From Raillietiella orientalis (Eukaryota): a stretch of 58,768 bases of DNA. Where the stretch lies: the NCBI GenBank assembly GCA_036172245.1, contig JAYWIR010000104.1, positions 124,001-182,768 on the forward strand, in the 5' to 3' direction. How positions within the stretch are numbered: position 1 is the stretch's first letter; each line of letters starts with the position of its first letter. The position numbers were made by a program, and so were the translations under genes. Of this stretch, positions 1 to 9,915 are shown one piece after another. The notes under the pieces were generated by a model. It was not told the origin of the DNA, did not search any database, and saw nothing but the letters and a program-made list of their open reading frames with translations.

Positions 1-249
1 AGGCGCCTGCCTTGATTTGGAACGCTTGTGTGTCTGCTGTAACCATCCCCTCATCCACCCCAACCACCGGTTTCCTCAATCGTCTCTCCCGCGGAACAAT
101 CCATCCCCCACGAATTGTTCGGTAACGAACATCCCTCATCTACTCCCCGTGTTCCCGAATCCACCTTGAACATCGCATCATTTTAACGGTCGCTATCCCC
201 CAAAAGTAGTATCATAGCGCTAAGGGCACCAACGGCCATGTTGTCTATG

Positions 250-1335
250 AAATTTCCGTACTCATAAAGTTTCCAGGTAGCGGAGAAAAACAAAGAAAAA
301 GGAAGAGGAGAAAAAAAAAAGCGGACACGAAAAAAATAAACGTCCATCCTCCAATGGAAGCAGCACAGGCAGTGTGCATCCATCCCTGCTGAGAGGAAAA
401 GGACAGCTCCCGGTCGACTAGGTAGGCGGTTGCCTTCAGTTGAAGTTTACGTATCACTCCTCGGTGCATCCAGCGAATCCATCCATCGAGCCACCTTTCC
501 AACGTCTTTCTATCCTTTCGCTCTCTCCAGGAGTAATCGTTCCCCTGCAACGCGTTCGAAAATGTATATCCTCCATGTTCTCCCCATCTTCCTTCGTCCT
601 GATTGAAGTAGAAAAATTCTTTCCGGTTGATATCCAAAGGAATCTGTGTTCGTGTGGATTTGTGATTGGTTACCGAGACATCGACGTCCCTGTTGGTTGC
701 AAATCCCCATTTTTGTCTTTTTTTTTTCAATAGGGGATTGAAAGTCCCGAAAGTTATTCCAACCTCCGGTCGGCGACGTGATTTTTGTGTTTTCTGTAGG
801 CTGGGAATCATGCTTTGTAAGAATCGCATTTTGTTTTATAGTTGAGTCTGCAACTCTTTTCTGAAGCTCTTTTCTGAAAGGGAAAGATAAAACCGCAAAT
901 AGATGCGAAAATGAAAAGTAGGTAGATGGATATCCTAGTATTTTTTTGAAGTGTTCGTTTCCTGGGGAATGAGCCCCGAATTTTGGACTTCCATTCGTTT
1001 CCTTTGGCGGAAGCAGTGCTCTCGCTCCCACCAAACTCGCAATTGGAATGCGCAGACACGAAACTGACAGCAGGACATCATCGCTCTTTTCGCTTCCCTC
1101 TAGTAGAAAAACGCTGCTCTCCTTCTGCTGGGCCAAACGATAGTTTGGGAACAATCCGCTCTTCTTCTTGGCACCCCACAACGATCTATACTCCCCGTTC
1201 ACTGGCAACGATCTTCGGATTGAAATTTATAGGTTTCCTCTACCATGAATTTTCCCATGAAAATTCGCCTCAGTTCGCCAACAACCTTTCTCAGATACAT
1301 GGCGACGAATCCAACTCCACGCAGCACCATCAGGT
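250..1335 (-). mobile_element. Decayed L1/Tx1-like non-LTR retrotransposon, RT domain 3 to C-terminal zinc-finger region
   Basis: Minus-strand fragments occur in LINE ORF2 order: FVAMYLRKVVGEL (~AVDLRKAFD, RT domain 3), FKKILGYP (~YKYLGIP), SPTGGW (~GGLG), HCLCC..VYFF (~zf-RVT). Many frameshifts. Confidence 0.5.
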
Positions 1336-4300
1336 CGGGAGCCACCCTACCCCCCGAGGATGCTTCTTGGCGTTGCACCGTCACGCTCATTTCGCCCCTA
1401 TCCCTCCCAGAGAGTTGCACTTGGCGACGTGCCAAGTGATCTGATTACTAACGCCAGTACTTTCGACTACCCAACAGTGAGATCGACAGTTTCCGAATGC
1501 GCCTTGTGATCATTGGTCTTCTCTCGCCACATTTGACCTCCAGATTGGCTATCCCCTTCACGGTTGAGGCTCAAAACACCAGGACAGCCCTCTCCCTGCT
1601 TTCCGTAGTGCTCAGCGCCCGTTACCGCCGAGCGGGCCTGCTGCTCTATGGAGAAATGTTGGTTCCTACTTCTTGCTCCCGAAAACGTGGAGACTTCTTC
1701 ACCTTACATGGACTCACTTTCCGTTTCCCCCATTCCTCTGTTCGTTCCCCGAAGCGTGGATGTGCAAGCGATCTGGAGCGTGTGGATGTAGTTCCTGTCT
1801 GTCGAGTTACCCCGGCGATTCCCCCCGTCGTCAGTGGGCAGGCTTGACCTGCGGTCTCTCCGCGTGCGATGCTTCGCTTTGTGTTGTTACACGTTTCCCT
1901 TGAAGATTTGCTTCTGCAGGCCAACGAAATTTGATTGCAGCATCGTCACCATTCTGTATTTCAACACACCAACTGAGTCCGGGAGCCCCCCTACCCCCCG
2001 AGGATGCTCCTTGGCGTTGCACCGTCACGTTCATTTCGGCCCTATCCCTCCCAGAGAGTTGCGCTTGGCGACGTGCCAAGTGATCTGATTACTAACGCCA
2101 GCACTTTCGACTACCCAGCAGTGAGATCGACAGTTTCCGAATGCGCTTTGTGATCATTGGTCTTCCCTCGCCACATTTGATCTCCAGATTGGCTATCCCC
2201 TTCACGGTTGAGGCTCAAAACACCAGGACAGCCCTCTCCCTGCTTTCCGTAGTGCTCAGCGCCCGTTACCGCCCAGCGGGCCTGTTGCTCTATGGAGAAA
2301 TTTTGGTTCGTACTTCTTGCTCCCGAAAACGTGGAGACTTCTTCTCCCTGCATGGACTCACTTTCCGTTTCCCTCATTCCTCTGTTCGTTCCCCGAAGCG
2401 TGGATGTGCAAGCGATCTGCAGCGTGTGGATGTAGTTCCTGTCGGTCGAGTTACCCCGGCGATTCCCCCCGTCGTCAGTGGGCAGGCTTGACCTGCGGTC
2501 TCTCCGCGTGCGATGCTTCGCTTTGTGTTGTTACACGTTTCCCTTGAAGATTTGCTTCTGCAGGCCAACGAAATTTGATTGCAGCATCGTCACCATTCTG
2601 TATTTCAACACACCAACTGAGCCCGGGAGCCACCCTACCCCCCGAGGATGCTCCTTGGCGTTGCACCGTCACGTTCATTTCGCCCCTATCCCTCCCAGAG
2701 AGTTGCGCTTGGCGACGTGCCAAGTGATCTGATTACTAACGCCAGCACTTTCGACTACCCAGCAGTGAGATCGACAGTTTCCGAATGCGCTTTGTGATCA
2801 TTGGTCTTCCCTCGCCACATTTGATCTCCAGATTGGCTATCCCCTTCACGGTTGAGGCTCAAAACACCAGGACAGCCCTCTCCCTGCTTTCCGTAGTGCT
2901 CAGCGCCCGTTACCGCCGAGCGGGCCTGCTGCTCTATGGAGAAATGTTGGTTCCTACTTCTTGCTCCCGAAAACGTGGAGACTTCTTCACCTTGCATGGA
3001 CTCACTTTCCGTTTCCCCCATTCCTCTGTTCGTTCCCCGAAGCGTGGATGTGCAAGCGATCTGGAGCGTGTGGATGTAGTTCCTGTCGGTCGAGTTACCC
3101 CGGCGATTCCCCCCGTCGTCAGTGGGCAGGCTTGACCTGCGATCTCTCCGCGTGCGATGCTCCGCTTTGTGTTGTTACACGTTTCCCTTGAAGATTTGCT
3201 TCTGCAGGCCAACGAAATTTGATTGCAGCATCGTCACCATTCTGTATTTCAACACACCAACTGAGTCCGGGAGCCCCCCTACCCCCCGAGGATGCTCCTT
3301 GGCGTTGCACCGTCACGTTCATTTCGCCCCTATCCCTCCCAGAGAGTTGCGCTTGGCGACGTGCCAAGTGATCTGATTACTAACGCCAGCACTTTCGACT
3401 ACCCAGCAGTGAGATCGACAGTTTCCGAATGCGCCTTGTGATCATTGGACTTCTCTCGCCACATTTGACCTCCAGATTGGCTATCCCCTTCACGGTTGAG
3501 GCTCAAAACACCAGGACAGCCCTCTCCCTGCTTTCCGTAGTGCTCAGCGCCCGTTACCGCCCAGCGGGCCTGCTGCTCTATGGAGAAATTTCGGTTCCTA
3601 CTTCTTGCTCCCGAAAACGTGGAGACTTCTTCACCTTACATGGACTCACTTTCCGTTTCCCCCATTCCTCTGTTCGTTCCCCGAAGCGTGGATGTGCAAG
3701 CGATCTGGAGCGTGTGGATGTAGTTCCTGTCGGTCGAGTTACCCCGGCGATTCCCCCCGTCGTCAGTGGGCAGGCTTGACCTGCGGTCTCTCCGCGTGCG
3801 ATGCTTCGCTTTGTGTTGTTACACGTTTCCCTTGAAGATTTGCTTCTGCAGGCCAACGAAATTTGATTGCAGCATCGTCACCATTCTGTATTTCAACACA
3901 CCAACTGAGCCCGGGAGCCACCCTACCCCCCGAGGATGCTCCTTGGCGTTGCACCGTCACGTTCATTTCGCCCCTATCCCTCCCAGAGAGTTGCGCTTGG
4001 CGACGTGCCAAGTGATCTGATTACTAACGCCAGCACTTTCGACTACCCAGCAGTGAGATCGACAGTTTCCGAATGCGCTTTGTGATCATTGGTCTTCCCT
4101 CGCCACATTTGATCTCCAGATTGGCTATCCCCTTCACGGTTGAGGCTCAAAACACCAGGACAGCCCTCTCCCTGCTTTCCGTAGTGCTCAGCGCCCGTTA
4201 CCGCCCAGCGGGCCTGTTGCTCTATGGAGAAATTTTGGTTCCTACTTCTTGCTCCCGAAAACGTGGAGACTTCTTCTCCTTGCATGGACTCACTTTCCGT

Positions 4301-7242
4301 TTCCCCCATTCCTCTGTTCGTTCCCCGAACCGTGGATGTGCAAGCGATCTGCAGCGTGTGGATGTAGTTCCTGTCGGTCGAGTTACCACGGCGATTCCCC
4401 CCGTCGTCAGTGGGCAGGCTTGACCTGCGGTCTCTCCGCGTGCGATGCTTCGCTTTGTGTTGTTACACGTTTCCCTTGAAGATTTGCTTCTGCAGGCCAA
4501 CGAAATTTGATTGCAGCATCGTCACCATTCTGTATTTCAACACACCAATTGAGCCCGGGAGCCACCCTACCCCCCGAGGATGCTCCTTGGCGTTGCACCG
4601 TCACGCTCATTTCGCCCCTATCCCTCCCAGAGAGTTGCGCTTGGCGACGTGCCAGGTGATCTGATTACTGACACCAGTACTTTCGACTACCCAGCAGTGA
4701 GGTCGACAGTTTCCGAATGCGCCTTGTGATCATTGGTCTTCTCTCGCCACATTTGACCTCCAGATTGGCTATCCCCTTCACGGTTGAGGCTCAAAACACC
4801 AGGACAGCCCTCTCCCTGCTTTCCGTAGTGCTCAGCGCCCGTTACCGCCCAGCGGGCCTGTTGCTCTATGGAGAAATTTTGGTTCGTACTTCTTGCTCCC
4901 GAAAACGTGGAGACTTCTTCTCCCTGCATGGACTCACTTTCCGTTTCCCCCATTCCTCTGTTCGTTCCCCGAACCGTGGATGTGCAAGCGATATGCAGCG
5001 TGTGGATGTAGTTCCTGTCGGTCGAGTTACCACGGCGATTCCCCCCGTCGTCAGTGGGCAGGCTTGACCTGCGGTCTCTCCGCGTGCGATGCTTCGCTTT
5101 GTGTTGTTACACGTTTCCCTTGAAGATTTGCTTCTGCAGGCCAACGAAATTTGATTGCAGCATCGTCACCATTCTGTATTTCAACACACCAACTGAGTCC
5201 GGGAGCCCCCCTACCCCCCGAGGATGCTCCTTGGCGTTGCACCGTCACGTTCATTTCGGCCCTATCCCTCCCAGAGAGTTGCGCTTGGCGACGTGCCAAG
5301 TGATCTGATTACTAACGCCAGCACTTTCGACTACCCAGCAGTGAGATCGACAGTTTCCGAATGCGCTTTGTGATCATTGGTCTTCCCTCGCCACATTTGA
5401 TCTCCAGATTGGCTATCCCCTTCACGGTTGAGGCTCAAAACACCAGGACAGCCCTCTCCCTGCTTTCCGTAGTGCTCAGCGCCCGTTACCGCCGAGCGGG
5501 CCTGCTGCTCTATGGAGAAATTTTGGTTCCTACTTCTTCCTCCCGAAAACGTGGAGACTTCTTCACCTTGCATGGACTCACTTTCCGTTTCCCCCATTCC
5601 TCTGTTCGTTTCCCGAAGCGTGTATGTGCAAGCGATCTGCAGCGTGTGGATGTACTTCCTGTCGGTCGAGTTACCCCGGCGATTCCCCCCGTCGTCAGTG
5701 GGCAGGCTTGACCTGCGATCTCTCCGCGTGCGATGCTCCGCTTTGTGTTGTTACACGTTTCCCTTGAAGATTTGCTTCTGCAGGCCAACGAAATTTGATT
5801 GCAGCATCGTCACCATTCTGTATTTCAACACACCAACTGAGCCCGGGAGCCACCCTACCCCCCGAGGATGCTCCTTGGCGTTGCACCGTCACGCTCATTT
5901 CGCCCCTATCCTTCCCAGAGAGTTGCACTTGGCGACGTGCCAAGTGATCTGATTACTAACGCCAGTACTTTCGACTACCCAACAGTGAGATCGACAGTTT
6001 CCGAATGCGCCTTGTGATCATTGGTCTTCTCTCGCCACATTTGACCTCCAGAATTGCTATCCCCTTCACGGTTGAGGCTCAAAACACCAGGACAGCCCTC
6101 TCCCTGCTTTCCGTAGTGCTCAGCGCCCGTTACCGCCGAGCGGGCCTGCTGCTCTATGGAGAAATGTTGGTTCCTACTTCTTGCTCCCGAAAACGTGGAG
6201 ACTTCTTCACCTTACATGGACTCACTTTCCGTTTCCCCCATTCCTCTGTTCGTTCCCCGAAGCGTGGATGTGCAAGCGATCTGGAGCGTGTGGATGTAGT
6301 TCCTGTCTGTCGAGTTACCCCGGCGATTCCCCCCGTCGTCAGTGGGCAGGCTTGACCTGCGGTCTCTCCGCGTGCGATGCTTCGCTTTGTGTTGTTACAC
6401 GTTTCCCTTGAAGATTTGCTTCTGCAGGCCAACGAAATTTGATTGCAGCATCGTCACCATTCTGTATTTCAACACACCAACTGAGCCCGGGAGCCACCCT
6501 ACCCCCCGAGGATGCTCCTTGGCGTTGCACCGTCACGTTCATTTCGCCCCTATCCCTCCCAGAGAGTTGCGCTTGGCGACGTGCCGTGGTCTGATTACTA
6601 ACGCCAGCACTTTCGACTACCCAGCAGTGAGATCGACAGTTTCCGAATGCGCTACTGATCATTGGTCTTCCCTCGCCGTTTGATCTCCAGATTGGCTATC
6701 CCCTTCACGGTTGAGGCTCAAAACACCAGGACAGCCCTCTCCCTGCTTTCCGTAGTGCTCAGCGCCCGTTACCGCCCAGCGGGCCTGTTGCTCTATGGAG
6801 AAATTTTGGTTCGTACTTCTTGCTCCCGAAAACGTGGAGACTTCTTCTCCCTGCATGGACTCACTTTCCGTTTCCCTCATTCCTCTGTTCGTTCCCCGAA
6901 GCGTGGATGTGCAAGCGATCTGCAGCGTGTGGATGTAGTTCCTGTCGGTCGAGTTACCCCGGCGATTCCCCCCGTCGTCAGTGGGCAGGCTTGACCTGCG
7001 GTCTCTCCGCGTGCGATGCTTCGCTTTGTGTTGTTACACGTTTCCCTTGAAGATTTGCTTCTGCAGGCCAACGAAATTTGATTGGAGCATCGTCACCATT
7101 CTCTTCTTCAACACACCACCTGAGCACGGGAGCCGCCCTACCCACCGAGGATGCTCCTGGTCGTTTAACCGTCACGCTTATTTCGCTCCTATCCCTCCCA
7201 GCGAGTTGCACTTGGTGGCGTGCCAAGTGATCTGATTACTAA
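1336..7242. repeat. Tandem array of a 644-bp unit, ~9.2 copies
   Basis: The same landmarks recur every 644 bp (ORF starts at 1497, 2141, 2785, 3429, 4073, 4717, 5361, 6005). The ninth unit is 5 nt shorter and the terminal partial unit (~7080-7242) is more diverged. Units differ only by scattered SNPs. Confidence 0.98.
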
Positions 7243-8260
7243 GGCAGTACACTCTGTTCCCAGAATTGAAATCCTCTGCTTCTGGATGCGTGACTTTGAA
7301 ATGGTTGTACCGCTACGGGCAATTTTTCCCTTTGGTGGAGGTGCTGCAAGGATGTTTCGCATGGGCTACACAGTTCGACGGGAGTTCGATCTCCAGAGGC
7401 GCTCAGTCTTGTCGACCACCTTCTCTTGTAAGGGGTGGCGTTCGTTGTGGGTGCCTGTTTTCCTTTTTTGATGCTTTCCAATGGTTTGCTGATTTTGTTT
7501 TCTTCTCTTTGGAATTGAACTTTTTGTTTTGACTGGTGGTTTGTTTGTTCTGCAGTGGTGTCTGTTGTGTGCCTTTGTTTTCGGATTTTACCTGGGTTTG
7601 TCCTGGCTGATTGGGTTTTCGTATGTTCTTTTGTGTGTCAAAGCACAGCTTGCATGGTGGTTTATTCTATTTTTTGTTTTGACCACCTGAGTGGATCGCG
7701 GGTTCGCTGATATGCCCATGGTGGGTGTGCATTTGGAATTGTTCTCTTTTGGTTCTCCTGTGTGGTGATTTTTGCTTGTACTGTTTGCCAAATTGTTTGT
7801 GATTTTTTGGTTTTGTCCCCTCAGCAGCCTGGTTGTTTTGCTGGCTGGCTGCGAGATTTTTGCAAGGAGTGTTTGTGATGTGATGGCCGAGGCCCTTTTT
7901 TTTTTTTCTTTGGTGCACGGTTGGTAGAGTGCCTACCGATGTGACCTTTTGTTTGTGGTATTGCCGGTGTATCTTGTTGACACCTTGGTTGTTGATTCTG
8001 CTCATTGGTTTTTGTTGTTGGTCATTCCTGGTCCCTCCCTGGTTTTTCCTTTGGACTTCACCCCCCTCCCCGTCCCACTTATTTTTTTTTTGATCCATCA
8101 ACATTGGAAGTATTTCCCTCCTGTGGATCACTCCTGGAGAAGAGCTTTCGGACACATGGACCATCGGTTTGGAAGGACTTGGGGCAGAACTTTGCTGGCA
8201 GTTGGAGTGGTGAGTTGTTTCTCATGTTTGTCGCATTGGCGGGTTGTTAATGCGGGATAG
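7243..8260 (-). mobile_element. Decayed LINE remnant flanking the array
   Basis: Minus strand is A/C-rich. ESIKKGKQAP..TPYKRRW resembles the K-(A/S)-PG-x-DG..FYK motif that precedes LINE RT domain 1. Confidence 0.35.
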
Positions 8261-8604
8261 GACTGTCACCAATTGTAATGAAACAAATTTTGTAATCAAG
8301 TTTCGCTTGGTTAGGAGGTAATTCTCCACGAATTGTCCCTGTTGATGTTTATTCTTTGAGATGTTAGGTTAGTTGATTTTCATGTGAGTACCTGTAAATA
8401 TGGTTTTGTGATGGAGAACGAAAATGTCCTTTTTTAGTGTGAAGTGGCAGTATTTTGAAAGAATCGTAAGCATCTGGAATGTACTTACCTCATTTTGTTT
8501 GAGAACTTAGTTTTGTTGAAAATTTTCCTTCTAGGAACCGTGGGCACAGTTACTTAATGTTTCTGTTGCTCACAATAAAACAGGAGTAGAGGTATTGAAT
8601 TGAA

Positions 8605-8865
8605 TTATGGAAGAAGTGTGAATAGATATGATGCTGAGGTTGTAAGGTGAATCGACTTTGTGTACATTTTCTTGAAAGGCAAACAAGAATCAAAGTTGAA
8701 TGTACACTGACATAAGCAATGTTGGCATACCAACCAACTGCTCCTTCTGATGGGTTAATCTTATGATGCAGATCATACATTTCTTTGCAATGTCAATTCC
8801 CAATGATATTTTGATCATCTTAATTAGCCATATCTCAATTTCGTTAGTGTTCCAATGGGTGCTCG
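8605..8865 (-). pseudogene. EIF3F: eIF3 subunit F pseudogene, N-terminal MPN half
   Basis: Fragments PIGTL, IDIAK/MYDLHHKINPSEGAVGWYA..VSVHSTLI, SIHLT and LFTLLP follow eIF3f VIGTL..[33 protein letters not shown]..MFTPL in order. Frameshifts and deletions present. Confidence 0.7.
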
Positions 8866-9589
8866 CAATTGTTCACAAGTCCTAATGTTGAAACCTCTTG
8901 CAGTTTGAAGAGGAGCTTTGGAAGCAGAGTTAGTAGGAGTTGCTTTCTTCTATTTCAACTGGATAGATGCCAAATGATCTTTCATGAGATTCATTTGGTA
9001 ATGAAGTGTATTCTCAGAACTCCCAGTTATTAAACTGAAGCTGTGAAACTGTTACACAGTTTCATGGTGTTTTCTTTGAAATTGGCTTTCAATTTGTCTT
9101 TCACTGTAGGTGTTGCTGTGCATGTATGTTGAAAATCTGTTCTTATTTTCTGTTCGGTGTATGGTCATTTGTTATCTTCCTGTGTTTGAGTTGCAGAGAT
9201 AATACAAAATTAAGATGAAACTCCTAGCAAAGAAAGAGTGAAGAAATAAATGATAGTTGAAAATTGAATACATTTTCTAAATTTTGTTGGTGCTCTCGAG
9301 ATAATTTGAGTTGTTGAAGCCATATGTTTTTTGAATTGGTTTCAGTGGGTCTGATCTGATGGCACATTCGAAAAGATCATTTAATGTAGTTTTCCCTTTA
9401 ATTTTCCGTCCGTGAAACGACTATTGTATTTATCATTGTATATTCATTACTCTTGTTTGCGTATGTGTAATTTTGGTTTTGTTTGTTTCGGAATCAAGGA
9501 GTAGTATTAATGGGAAATACTAACGAATTGGGTTGAGTCCATGCTCACAAGCATTGATTTGTCTCTGTCTCCTTTGTTCACAGTTCCAA

Positions 9590-9915
9590 TAGCACAGAAA
9601 AGCAAACGCTCTTCTGAAAGGGCAACTAACTGCCAGTCAGAGCTGACCCAGATTGCACATGTCTCAGGAAATCATGCTAGACACAGTGCTCAGTTACGTG
9701 GAACAAGTCGCTTCAGGAGATGCTACTGCATATGGCTAAATGAATCCTGAAGAATTTGAGGTGTTCAACACCAATGTCAAGGTTTGGAAACCAACTATCA
9801 GTGGTCTTCATCTTATTTTGATCAGGATTTGCTGATGGTGTTTTATGCAGCTCGGGTGTGTAGCACTGCAGTGTTGGTCAATGAAAAGCTGTGTTCACTG
9901 AATGCTGGAACATGA
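9590..9915 (+). pseudogene. EIF3F: eIF3 subunit F pseudogene, C-terminal half with a retained 44-nt intron
   Basis: QSELTQIA / MLDTVLSYVEQVASG / MNPEEFEVFNTNVK [GT-AG intron 9782-9825] DLLMVFYAARVCSTAVLVNEKL matches eIF3f [42 protein letters not shown]..LNEKL. One frameshift, an internal TAA, and AATAAA at 9915-9920. Confidence 0.8.

Noticed and set aside
1497..7235. Repeated 116-aa, 84-aa and 76-aa ORFs as a tandem gene family
   Set aside because: ORFs are open in several frames on both strands, variants are largely missense, no domain is recognisable, and the ninth copy is frameshifted. They are by-products of GC-rich repeat DNA.
1336..7242. CRISPR array, retrozyme or TRIM interpretation of the tandem array
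   Set aside because: No unique spacers. CTGATTA is not a valid hammerhead core and has no matching GAAA stem. No TG..CA LTR ends, PBS or PPT were found.
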